Shown here: positions 11,693 through 21,004 of the stretch, piece by piece
How the letters are laid out: every line of letters begins with the position of its first letter
How positions within the stretch are numbered: the first letter of the stretch is position 1
DNA from: Phormidium sp.
Lineage (GTDB): Bacteria; Cyanobacteriota; Cyanobacteriia; Cyanobacteriales; Aerosakkonemataceae
Assembly (NCBI GenBank): GCA_051013385.1
Contig: CP143273.1
Location: 672,001-736,000 of the forward strand
Length of the DNA stretch: 64,000 nt
Direction: 5' to 3'
Position numbers and translations under genes: made by a program
The notes under the pieces: generated by a model
The model's database searches: none
What the model saw: only the letters and a program-made list of their open reading frames with translations
What the model was told of the DNA's origin: nothing

Positions 11693-11775
11693 CCTCCTAG
11701 TCTCCCCCGCGCCGGGAGACAAACGTCACCAGCTTAGGGGAGGATAATACTGTCAGATAATGGACTTTTGTCCAT
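11693..11775 (-). promoter_or_regulatory. Candidate leader peptide (MDKSPLSDSIILP*, 11775-11734) and attenuator upstream of mgtE
   Basis: A short ORF, a 7 bp GC-rich hairpin (11700-11720) abutting the AGGAGG RBS, and an anti-SD-like CCUCCCCUA at the end of the uORF. Confidence 0.5.
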
Positions 11776-11957
11776 GAATTTAAAAAACTGAATTCGACAC
11801 TGATACAAATAGCACAGATAAGGCAGAGTACCAGTATTTATATGCTATCCCTTAAGCTGCTAATTCACAATCAAATCAGATTTGAGTAAGTTTTACAGAA
11901 CGGAGTGTCAATGCTAGAATTCAGCTACCGTAATCTATAAAATACAGAGATTTTCCA

Positions 11958-12080
11958 ATGGACGTAAAAATCGTTCTTTTAGCCTTAACCGTGATTTTTA
12001 TACTGTCAAGTCTGTTCTTCGGCACCAAAAATGGATTCTACGATTCAGACAATTATCACGGTAATGGAACAGCCCACTAA
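11958..12080 (+). CDS. ndhP: NDH-1 complex small subunit NdhP
   Basis: Manual translation gives MDVKIVLLALTVIFILSSLFFGTKNGFYDSDNYHGNGTAH. It has one TM helix and the NGFYD..YHGNG.AH signature; it is too short for the ORF track. Confidence 0.92.
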   Translation: MDVKIVLLALTVIFILSSLFFGTKNGFYDSDNYHGNGTAH

Positions 12081-12310
12081 TATTGTTTCTCTTTAAAGTT
12101 TGCTACAGATAGCTGATGCTCTTAAACAAAGACACCCAGACGCAAAGACTAATTAGTAGCAGAATTTGAGAGAATTAATATTAGCCAAAAGTAAAGAGGC
12201 AAAATCAATAGACCGCATTTTCCCGTTCGCGGAGCCTGTGCCTAGCACCTACGGCTCTTTGCCTTTTTACTCTTCCATCTCAGGTTAGCGAAAAAGTAAC
12301 GGAAGGCATC

Positions 12311-13948
12311 GTGATTGATCTAGAATGCTTGCCCTACAGTGTCAATCATGCAGGTGAAGGGATTTGTCTATTACTACGGATGGGGCCATATCGCATTCTT
12401 TTAGATTGTGGCATGGCTGACATTTCAGCGTTGTTTGCTCCTAACAAAAAAATACCACCAGCTGATTTAGTATTATGTAGCCACGCCCATCCCGATCATG
12501 CTAGAGGTTTATTAGCATTACATAAAGCTTTTCCCCAGCTACCAATTTATGCCAGTGAAGTCACTACTCAATTATTGCCGCTCAACTGGCCTGAGACAGA
12601 CCCCAAGAAAATCCCGCCATTTTGTCAAGCTTTACCTTGGCGATCGCCGATCGAATTTCACGACGGACTTTGTGCCGAACTATTCCCCGCTGGACACTTA
12701 CCAGGCGCATCTGCCATCCGCCTCACCTACACTGCCCTTAGTCGCAGCTACACACTCCTCTACACAGGCGACTTTTTCCTCTCCAACTCGCGCTTAGTTG
12801 AAGGTTTACCCCTCGATGCCTTACGGGGAATCGAACCGGATATTCTCATTATTGAAGGCACTTATGGCACTGCCCGTCATCCCCACCGCCGCCAGCAAGA
12901 AAACCAACTCGCAGAACGCATTAGTCGCGCCGTTAGCACCGGAAAATCCATCCTCATGCCAGTCCCAGCATTAGGATTAGGTCAAGAAATCCTCATGTTG
13001 TTGCGGAGTCATCACCTATTTACAGGTCGAGACTTAGATATTTGGGTAGATGGCACAGTCGCCGCTGGATGTGATGCTTACCTGGAACTATTACCTCATC
13101 TTCCCGCTTCCGTCCAAAACTTTTCCCGTCACCAACCTTTATTTTGGGATGAACGAGTGCGCCCCCGTGTGCGCCGCCTACAACCTGAACAAATCCCCCA
13201 GCTAGGAAAAACTAGCTGCATCGTGCTGACTGATGAAACTGTTGATTTGAGTAAGTATCTTTATCCTAATGCTGAAGCTTGGGTAGTTTTATTACCGCAA
13301 AGACCAGGACGATCGACAATCGAAGATTATCAGATTCAGACCAAAAATTCTGGGACTCTCAGCGTGGAAAGTTACCTGTTAGCGCAACATTGTGATGGCC
13401 CCGGTACAACCCAACTGATCCATAATTTGCGCCCTCAGCACGTCGTTTTTGTTCACGGTTCTCCCACTTATTTAGCAGATTTAACTAGCTTGGAGGAGTT
13501 ACAAAACCGCTACCACCTACATTCCCCCAACGCTGGTACACTTGTAGAGTTGCCGATCGGGGAAACATTTTTACAACCCGCCGCCCCGGAAACTAACTAC
13601 GAAGGCGAACTCACAGAATTAGGTACGATCGTCACCATTAATTTACCAGACACAATTACCGCCGACCCCCGCTGGCAAAATTTTGCTGATACTGGTTTAG
13701 TGGAAGCACGTTGGCAAGGTGAGGAACTGGTATTGCGCGGGTTAACTCAACGAGAGTTACTGACTCAACGAAGCGATCGCCTACCCGCTGACCTAGCTTG
13801 CTGCGGTAATTGCCGTTATATGCGTGGACAACGCTGCCGAAATCCCGCATCACCTCTATTTGATTTTAAAGTGACACCCGACGGATACTGTCCTGTATTT
13901 GAACCCTCTTTGAAGCCAGAACGGGAAAACGGCGATAATTCTCATTAG
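12311..13948 (+). CDS. MBL-fold metallo-hydrolase (beta-CASP ribonuclease-like)
   Basis: Motifs LDCG, SHAHPDH, AGHLPG, YTGD, EGTYG and VHG, plus a C-terminal Cys cluster. Confidence 0.88.
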   Translation: MIDLECLPYSVNHAGEGICLLLRMGPYRILLDCGMADISALFAPNKKIPPADLVLCSHAHPDHARGLLALHKAFPQLPIYASEVTTQLLPLNWPETDPKKIPPFCQALPWRSPIEFHDGLCAELFPAGHLPGASAIRLTYTALSRSYTLLYTGDFFLSNSRLVEGLPLDALRGIEPDILIIEGTYGTARHPHRRQQENQLAERISRAVSTGKSILMPVPALGLGQEILMLLRSHHLFTGRDLDIWVDGTVAAGCDAYLELLPHLPASVQNFSRHQPLFWDERVRPRVRRLQPEQIPQLGKTSCIVLTDETVDLSKYLYPNAEAWVVLLPQRPGRSTIEDYQIQTKNSGTLSVESYLLAQHCDGPGTTQLIHNLRPQHVVFVHGSPTYLADLTSLEELQNRYHLHSPNAGTLVELPIGETFLQPAAPETNYEGELTELGTIVTINLPDTITADPRWQNFADTGLVEARWQGEELVLRGLTQRELLTQRSDRLPADLACCGNCRYMRGQRCRNPASPLFDFKVTPDGYCPVFEPSLKPERENGDNSH

Positions 13949-14165
13949 GGCTTGCTGAAAAAGTCTGTTGGTGGGGGTAGGGACACGGCATCATTAATAT
14001 TTGCAATTCCTACGTTATCTCTTTCATGCCGTGTCCCTACAATTTCCGCAGAAATTGGCCAGGATTTTGCGCCAAAAGGTCTGAAAAACTGGAACTTGTT
14101 TTGAGCAAAAAAGGCGCTTTCACCCTTGCCTATCTTACTTTTTACCTTTATTCAGCAAACCCTAA
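13945..14165. mobile_element. MITE-like element with terminal inverted repeats and a nested GTAG hairpin
   Basis: TTAGGGCTTGCTGAAAAAG matches the reverse complement TTAGGGTTTGCTGAATAAAG. It contains an internal gtagggacacggca...tgccgtgtccctac hairpin and no ORF. Confidence 0.65.
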
Positions 14166-14206
14166 TTAACTCAATTTGCTAGTTGACAAGATTCAGGCTG
14201 GTATTC

Positions 14207-14248
14207 GGTAATGAGTAGTCGGGATTGAAAATTCCGACTACTCATTAC
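14207..14248. terminator. Strong hairpin between convergent genes
   Basis: ggtaatgagtagtcgg...ccgactactcattacc inverted repeat. Confidence 0.65.
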
Positions 14249-14255
14249 CTATTAA

Positions 14256-14567
14256 TTAATCTAGATTAGAATCCGGGAAATGATGGCGAATTTGCTCTGC
14301 TTCTGGACAATCATCCGAAACTAGAGGTTCGACATTGCCTCTCGGTACAGAAGCTAGTTTTTGACTTACGGCACCGATACTTTCTAAGCGTACCATCTCT
14401 TCCCAAGAAGAGACCTCATCATCTTCGTCTGTCTCATAGCGTAAAGTGACTAAATCTCCCTCAATATCGATGATTCGGGCGCGTTCAATCCAACGTTGCT
14501 GGTCCCGCAAGAACACACAGACTTCTCGACCATCGCAACAGAGTTGATATATCTTGCGGTGTAGCAT
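14256..14567 (-). CDS. Conserved cyanobacterial protein (DUF6679-like)
   Basis: 103 aa; MLHRKIYQLCCDGREV...SWEEMVRLESIGAV recognised as a conserved cyanobacterial family; RBS-like AGGAG upstream. Confidence 0.75.
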   Translation of the reverse strand: MLHRKIYQLCCDGREVCVFLRDQQRWIERARIIDIEGDLVTLRYETDEDDEVSSWEEMVRLESIGAVSQKLASVPRGNVEPLVSDDCPEAEQIRHHFPDSNLD

Positions 14568-15393
14568 ATATTGTTTCTCCTGAACAGGGAACTCTTCAAG
14601 TGCTTAGTTTGTTAATCTATCTTTGGCGACTGACTTCGGGAAAATTTCTTAACATTTAGCCAGCCATTTCATCTAAAGCCAGATACTCAGAGGTTTAACC
14701 ATCGAGATCTAGGCACCTCAGCATAAAATATTGCTGCATAAGCAGACAACATCCCGATGTTTATCTGATGCTAAGGTTAGAAAAAGTTTATCTCGAATTG
14801 AGCAACAGATAGCAGGTGGAAAAAAATTTTTCAGTTTCTCGGTAACGGTGGTAGTAATCATTTAAGGATAGTAGCGTTCAACTAGATTCGATCGCCTGTG
14901 AGGAATCGCCATTATATAGATACCTTTTATTCTATCAATACTTCTGTTTTATTACTCTAGGGAGAACTACCAATTTTGTAGTAATCACCGCAGCAAACTG
15001 TACAACTGAGGAAAATTTTCCCTTGGGTAGCTGTCTCCAACCCTTTACCCATCAAAGCTGTTAGCACTTGCCCCCTCATAATTGCCAAATGAGAAGCCCT
15101 GGGGAAAATAATTTTTTCTTTCTTGCTAAACTGAGCAAATCTGCACCAGCCTCTAGCAAAGCAGATTATTTATTTACTTTTTGCGGCATTACTTTTTGCT
15201 TGTCAACTATATGTAACTAATCGCAGAGCAATCTCAAGAGTAAATTCTAAAATTTAAAATAAAAGCGCAATTTTTTCCTATTTACAGACTAGCTAATCTA
15301 TCTAACGGCAATTTGCCTGCTCGGAGTTTTGCCGTTAGTCCTTGCCTATAATTAAATCTTAGTTAGGAGTTGTTTGATGTATCTATGAATACA

Positions 15394-15651
15394 CTATACT
15401 CCTCCTACCAGAAAAGTTAGTTGATGCGTATTTTCTAGACAGGGTTGCACGTACTCTATGAGAGTTTGCGTGACTGCCCCGCGTGCCTCTCGCTCAATTT
15501 GACCAGAATTTACTGCATTGTACAAGCAAGATAGGGCATCTAAGTCAGCGGATTGATAGCCTTTATGGGCCAGAACTTGACCAATAAGACCTTCAGAAGC
15601 AACACTTAAACACCCTGTTTGAAAAGCTGACTTAACTAGTGAACGAATCAT
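15394..15651 (-). CDS. Small conserved cyanobacterial hypothetical protein
   Basis: 85 aa; the MIR.LV..A..TG.LS...E..I pattern is typical of a small cyanobacterial family. Confidence 0.65.
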   Translation of the reverse strand: MIRSLVKSAFQTGCLSVASEGLIGQVLAHKGYQSADLDALSCLYNAVNSGQIEREARGAVTQTLIEYVQPCLENTHQLTFLVGGV

Positions 15652-15766
15652 AACGACTTCCTGAGCATCCTTGATGCGTTAACCGTCAATTCTAGTCTTA
15701 AACATCTGCGTTTAGAGGTAAATGACAGAAAGCGGTAGCAAGTTGTGATAAACTACCCTGTTAAAC

Positions 15767-15782
15767 TGTGATTTGAGTCACT
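15767..15782. promoter_or_regulatory. CRP-like binding site
   Basis: TGTGA-tttgag-TCACT matches TGTGA-N6-TCACA at 9 of 10 positions, in a divergent intergenic region. Confidence 0.5.
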
Positions 15783-16022
15783 GAGGCTTTTAAATCGCTG
15801 ATTTTAAATATTGGTCTTCCAGTTTTTGCTACCAAAGTTGAAGTTTAAGACTGCAACTGAGAAATCAATCTATGTAATAGCTTATCTAGGTTACTGTTAA
15901 GATATCGTAAAGATCGTCAGGGTTAATTACAAAACCTTGGTGAAGATTATGGAAAGGGAAAAGCGATCGATCTCTTAGTAAAGTAGTGAAGTCAGGAAAA
16001 TTAGATTGAACAGGGGAGTATT

Positions 16023-16895
16023 ATGGAGTTTGCGATCGCAATCCAACAGCAGCAATACAAAACCTACATTCTCACCGACCATCATGCCCAATCCCGCATC
16101 GAAGTCGTACCAGAACGAGGTGGAATCATCACCCGCTGGCAGCTACGGGACGAAGAAATTCTCTATTTAGATGCCGAAAGATTTGCCAATCCCGACTTAA
16201 CCGTAAGAGGCGGAATACCCATCTTATTCCCCATCTGCGGCAACTTACCTGACAACACCTACACCATTCACGGTAAAGAATACCAACTTAAACAACATGG
16301 TTTTGCTCGTGACTTACCTTGGCAAGTAATCGACCAACAAACCCAAGAATGCGCCAGCATCACCCTACTTTTAGAAAGCAACGACCAAACAAAGCAGCTT
16401 TACCCCTTTGACTTTCAAGTTATCTTCACCTACCAACTCAAAGGCAGCACCTTAGAAATTCGGCAAAGTTACACCAACAAATCTGCTGAATCCATGCCCT
16501 TTTCCACAGGACTGCATCCTTACTTTACCACCGTAGATAAAACCGCGCTCCAGTTCCAGATTCCCTCAACTGAATACCAAGACCAGCGAAATAAAACAAT
16601 TCACCCCTTTACAGGCAGTTTCGACTTTGAAAGCGATGAAATAGATGTGGCATTTCGCGATTTAACCGATGTTTGGGCCAGGGTTACCGATAACAGCCGC
16701 CAACTCGATTTACATTTGAGTTACGATGATGCCTACTCTAGAGTCGTGTTTTGGACTGTCAAAGGCAAAAATTTCTATTGCTTAGAACCTTGGACTGCCC
16801 CTCGCAACGCCATGAACACAGGCGAACAACTGATTATTCTAGAGCCAGAAGCCTCCCTAGAAACAGTAGTTGCTCTCACCCTAACCCTCAGTTGA
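16023..16895 (+). CDS. Aldose 1-epimerase family protein
   Basis: Motifs RGGIPILFP, QHGFAR, GLHPYF and YCLEPW. Confidence 0.92.
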   Translation: MEFAIAIQQQQYKTYILTDHHAQSRIEVVPERGGIITRWQLRDEEILYLDAERFANPDLTVRGGIPILFPICGNLPDNTYTIHGKEYQLKQHGFARDLPWQVIDQQTQECASITLLLESNDQTKQLYPFDFQVIFTYQLKGSTLEIRQSYTNKSAESMPFSTGLHPYFTTVDKTALQFQIPSTEYQDQRNKTIHPFTGSFDFESDEIDVAFRDLTDVWARVTDNSRQLDLHLSYDDAYSRVVFWTVKGKNFYCLEPWTAPRNAMNTGEQLIILEPEASLETVVALTLTLS

Positions 16896-16986
16896 TCGCA
16901 ACCGGAAAAATTTTTTCCTCAACCCCTTCCATTTTTCAGAATAGCTGTGCTATAGTGATAAACGTTGCGTAAAACATAAATAACAG

Positions 16987-17058
16987 GGGTCGCTAACTCA
17001 ACGGTAGAGTACTCGGCTTTTAACCGATTAGTTCCGGGTTCGAATCCCGGGCGACCCA
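16987..17058 (+). tRNA. trnK: tRNA-Lys (TTT)
   Basis: Acceptor stem GGGTCGC/GCGACCC, D arm, anticodon loop CT-TTT-AA and T-loop GTTCGAATC; CCA not encoded. Confidence 0.96.
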
Positions 17059-17335
17059 TTTTTTAATTAGTATCCTCAATTGTACTTGCCGGGGAATTCT
17101 CCGAGCTGGGGATCAGGAAAGCAAGAAAAATTCAAAATTTAAAACTTTCCCAGTCGTAGGGGCGATTCATGAATCGCCCGTACCCCAGTCCCCAGTCCCC
17201 AATCCCTTTTTAGCAATCTGAGCAAAAATTCCTAGAAGACATTCCATTGAGTCGCAAAATATCTTAAGATTATTCTAATCATTTAAGATTGTACAAACCC
17301 AATTAGCTGAGCAACCAAATATAGGAGGACCACTT

Positions 17336-18415
17336 ATGGCGATTGTACCAATGAGGCTGCTGTTGGATCACGCTGCTGAGAATGGATACGGTATTCCAGC
17401 TTACAACGTTAACAATATGGAGCAGATCCAAGCGATTATGCTGGCTGCTAAAGAAACGGATAGTCCCGTGATTTTGCAGGCTTCTCGTGGCGCTCGCTCA
17501 TACGCTGGAGAAAATTTTCTTCGCCATTTGATTTTAGCGGCAGTGGAAACCTATCCTGAGATTCCCATTGTAATGCACCAAGATCATGGCAACGCGCCAT
17601 CTACTTGCTACTCAGCCATCAAAAATGGGTTTACTAGCGTGATGATGGACGGCTCTTTAGAAGCTGATGCCAAGACTCCTGCTAGCTACGAGTACAATGT
17701 CAATGTTACTCGTGAAGTAGTCAAAGTTGCTCACTCGATCGGCGTTAGTGTTGAAGGCGAACTGGGTTGTTTAGGTTCTCTGGAAACTGGAAAGGGTGAC
17801 AAAGAAGACGGTCACGGTTTTGAAGGCACATTGTCTCATGACCAACTGTTGACCGACCCTGATGAAGCTGTTGACTTTGTGGAACAAACTCAAGTTGATG
17901 CTTTGGCGGTGGCTATTGGTACCAGTCATGGTGCTTACAAGTTTACCCGCAAGCCAACTGGTGAAATCCTGGCTATCAGCCGGATTGAAGAAATTCACCG
18001 CCGCTTACCTAACACTCACTTGGTAATGCACGGTTCCTCCTCTGTGCCTCAAGATTTACTAGACTTGATCAACCAGTACGGTGGCGCAATTCCTGAAACT
18101 TATGGTGTACCTTTGGAAGAAATCCAAAAGGGTATTAAGAGTGGTGTTCGTAAGGTGAACATTGACACCGACAACCGTTTGGCAATCACTGCTGCGGTAC
18201 GGGAAGCATTAGCTCAAAAACCCAGTGAATTTGATCCCCGTCATTTCTTGAAGCCTTCGATCAAGTATATGCAAAAAGTTTGTGCTGAACGTTATCAAGC
18301 TTTCGGCACTGCTGGTAATGCTAGCAAGATCAAGCAAATGTCTTTGGATGACTATGCAGCTAAGTATGCTAAGGGCGAATTGAATGTTGTTACTAAGACT
18401 GCTGCGACGGTCTAA
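17336..18415 (+). CDS. fbaA: Fructose-bisphosphate aldolase class II
   Basis: Motifs [32 protein letters not shown] and KVNIDTD; strong AGGAGG RBS. Confidence 0.97.
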   Translation: MAIVPMRLLLDHAAENGYGIPAYNVNNMEQIQAIMLAAKETDSPVILQASRGARSYAGENFLRHLILAAVETYPEIPIVMHQDHGNAPSTCYSAIKNGFTSVMMDGSLEADAKTPASYEYNVNVTREVVKVAHSIGVSVEGELGCLGSLETGKGDKEDGHGFEGTLSHDQLLTDPDEAVDFVEQTQVDALAVAIGTSHGAYKFTRKPTGEILAISRIEEIHRRLPNTHLVMHGSSSVPQDLLDLINQYGGAIPETYGVPLEEIQKGIKSGVRKVNIDTDNRLAITAAVREALAQKPSEFDPRHFLKPSIKYMQKVCAERYQAFGTAGNASKIKQMSLDDYAAKYAKGELNVVTKTAATV

Positions 18416-18457
18416 ATGGCAATTTTGCTAATTTAGTCCTTAATTTGCATAGATTTT

Positions 18458-18488
18458 GCGGGTAGTTTTTTAGGCTACCCGTTTTTTT
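18458..18488 (+). terminator. Rho-independent terminator of fba
   Basis: gcgggtag...ctacccgt stem followed by a T run. Confidence 0.8.
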
Positions 18489-18714
18489 CTTGGTTTGTTG
18501 TAACGACTTTATACTGTTCACGGTCATAGAGTAGGGGCTCCGCATTCCGGCAATAATTTGTTGGTGATCGCCAAATATATGTACCGGAATGCTGATGCCT
18601 ACGGCACGCACTCGCGTTCGCCCCTACAAATCAAAAACAACAGTTTGTGACCGCGCCGAGTATAGTCGTTTTTTTTCCTAGCATGAAACGACTGAAGTCG
18701 TGACAACGGACTTT

Positions 18715-19944
18715 TTAATCTTTGACTTCTACAACTGATTCGGTTGATGTGGGATTGGGTTTAGTGTTATTGAGGGAGGAGTTATCGTTGTTGGCTTTGA
18801 TGATGGCAGAGTTGTCTTTGGTGGTGTGATTATTTTGTTGGGCTTCGTCGGCTTTTCTGACGGAACGGATGGAGGTTAGTGCTTCTTTGATGACTACTGC
18901 GGTGGGTACTCCTAGTACTACTCCTAAGAGTCCGCCGATTCTGGCTCCGGTTAGGATGGCGATGAATACCCAGAAGGGATTTAATCCAGTGACGCTGCCT
19001 AATACTCTGGGTGCAATGATATTTTCGACTATTTGTTGGACAATGAGGGCGGCAGCTAGGACTTGTAAGGCTAATCCAATGTCTCTTAAGGCGACGAGAA
19101 AGGTTACTAGTCCGATGCCAACGGAGCCGCCAAAGGGTACGAGTGCCATTAAACCTATGGTGAGGCCAAATAGCAAGCCGAAGGGTACTTTTAGTAGTAG
19201 GAAAACGGAGATTAATCCAGAAGCCATGCAGGTGGCTAGGATTATTTGTCCGGTGAAGTAGTTTTGAAAGCTCGATCGCAATGTCTGAGAGAATGGCTTT
19301 TGAATGCGTGTCGGTAGCCACTGAATTAAGCTAACCCAAATATCTTTGCTATGAAGCAGTAAGTAAAAGGTTACTACTATTGTCAATAAGACATCTAACA
19401 ATCTGACTACAGTTAATACTGTGAGATTTAAGGCGAGATTGAGTGTTCTTCCGGCTATGTTTTGTAAGTTGGCTTTTAAGCGATCGTTAATTTGCCCGAT
19501 TAATCCATCTAAACTGATGGGTAATCCTACTATGTCAACTCTTTCGTTGATCATTACTAGTTGGCGTTGTCCTGAGTCGATCCATTCTGGTAATCTTGCT
19601 ACTAACTGTTGGGCTTGGGTAAAGGCTAGTGGCACTAGTGTTACTCCCACTGCTACCAAAATCAACACTGTAGATAAGAAGACGAAGATTGCTGCTTGAG
19701 CTCTGTTGACTCCCCGTTGTTCTAGCCAGTCTACGGGATAGCTCAGGAGAAAAGCTAACAGGGAAGCTACTAGCAGAATCACAAACAGGGATTCAAAATA
19801 ACCGAAAATTTCCGAAAATGCCCAAGCATTTAACACGGTAAGTGGTGCTGCTAGGGCAATTACTAGTAGGCGCGACAATGGAGTTAGGGCTTCCCACCAG
19901 TTGAGTAACTTACTTTTTGGTGGGGATGGTCGAGAACTAACCAT
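18715..19944 (-). CDS. AI-2E family transporter
   Basis: Hydrophobic profile plus motifs LVPFGG, QQIVENIIAPRVLGSVTGLNP and GGLLGVVLGVP. Confidence 0.9.
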   Translation of the reverse strand: MVSSRPSPPKSKLLNWWEALTPLSRLLVIALAAPLTVLNAWAFSEIFGYFESLFVILLVASLLAFLLSYPVDWLEQRGVNRAQAAIFVFLSTVLILVAVGVTLVPLAFTQAQQLVARLPEWIDSGQRQLVMINERVDIVGLPISLDGLIGQINDRLKANLQNIAGRTLNLALNLTVLTVVRLLDVLLTIVVTFYLLLHSKDIWVSLIQWLPTRIQKPFSQTLRSSFQNYFTGQIILATCMASGLISVFLLLKVPFGLLFGLTIGLMALVPFGGSVGIGLVTFLVALRDIGLALQVLAAALIVQQIVENIIAPRVLGSVTGLNPFWVFIAILTGARIGGLLGVVLGVPTAVVIKEALTSIRSVRKADEAQQNNHTTKDNSAIIKANNDNSSLNNTKPNPTSTESVVEVKD

Positions 19945-20111
19945 GAAACTAGCTCAATTCTTCAGTGGTATTAGTGATTAGTGTAGTAGGGCGGGGATAA
20001 GATCACACTAACCTTTTGAGGGTATGGGGATGGGGATTGGGGATTGGGGACTGGGATTGCTTATAAATTAAAGATTTCACCAATTAATCTCGTACTAGAT
20101 AACCCATTAAT

Positions 20112-20927
20112 TTAGATGAAAACTCGGTGTTGCAGTGAGGGCATTTGACGGCGGACTTGTTCTAGGCGCTGGGGGTCGATTTCTGCTACGGCTACTCCTG
20201 GTCGATCGCCCCCGGCATCGGCTAAAATTACTCCCCAAGGATCGACGATCATGGCGTGTCCGTGCGTCTGTCTCATGGCGTAATGTCTACCTGTTTGGGC
20301 TGGGGCGATGACATAACAGGTGTTTTCGATCGCTCTAGCTTGTAACAACACCTGCCAATGATCTTTACCAGTGTAAGCGGTGAAGGCGGCGGGAACAAAC
20401 AATACTTCGGCTCCCATTTGCGATAAGTGACGGTACAGTTCCGGGAAGCGCACGTCGTAACATACGGAAAGTCCCAAATTTCCCAGTTCTTTAGATGGGT
20501 AAATCGGGGGAATGCGTGTTCCTGCCATGACGGTGCTAGATTCGCGATAGGTGTTACCGTCGGGTAAGTCAACGTCGAATAGGTGTACTTTTTGGTAACA
20601 GGCAAGTTCTACACCATTGGGATCGATGAGCAAAGCTGTGTTGTAAACTCTGCCATTATCTAAGGGTACGGGAAATCCGCCGCCTAAGATGGTGATTTGG
20701 AAGCGTTGCGCCATTGTTTTGAGAAATTTTTCGCTTTTTTGCGCGATCGCTTCTGCTTGAGCAATTTTATCTTTTTCTTCGCCCATGAAGGAGAAGTTTT
20801 CTGGTAAGCTGACTAATTCAGCACCCCGACGCACGGCGAGGTCGATTAATTCTTCTGCCTGAATCAGATTTTTTTCTAAATCAGGTACACTGGTCATTTG
20901 AATGGCTGCGGCGAGATAAGGCTTCAT
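20112..20927 (-). CDS. Carbon-nitrogen hydrolase (Nit1-like deaminated glutathione amidase)
   Basis: Catalytic triad LPE, YQKVHLFD and VCYDVRFPELYR; also ARAIEN. Confidence 0.9.
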   Translation of the reverse strand: MKPYLAAAIQMTSVPDLEKNLIQAEELIDLAVRRGAELVSLPENFSFMGEEKDKIAQAEAIAQKSEKFLKTMAQRFQITILGGGFPVPLDNGRVYNTALLIDPNGVELACYQKVHLFDVDLPDGNTYRESSTVMAGTRIPPIYPSKELGNLGLSVCYDVRFPELYRHLSQMGAEVLFVPAAFTAYTGKDHWQVLLQARAIENTCYVIAPAQTGRHYAMRQTHGHAMIVDPWGVILADAGGDRPGVAVAEIDPQRLEQVRRQMPSLQHRVFI

Positions 20928-21004
20928 AAGTTCAATTAAGTAAAATAAAGCAAAATTCGGCTTCTGTTTAATCTCAATCTTCAGTCGTCTCTAATACAGA
21001 AGTA

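Noticed and set aside
11700..11800. M-box (ykoK) riboswitch upstream of mgtE
   Set aside because: The region is too short and I could not see the M-box multi-helix architecture; a uORF attenuator fits better.
16987..17058. tRNA-Lys as an integration site
   Set aside because: Flanked by core genes, with no integrase and no duplicated tRNA 3' end seen in the window.
18830..19699. Overlapping ORFs within the AI-2E gene, and similar shadow ORFs inside tnpB, btpA, crhR, ctaD and the tyrosinase
   Set aside because: Alternative-frame or antisense ORFs fully inside well-supported genes.
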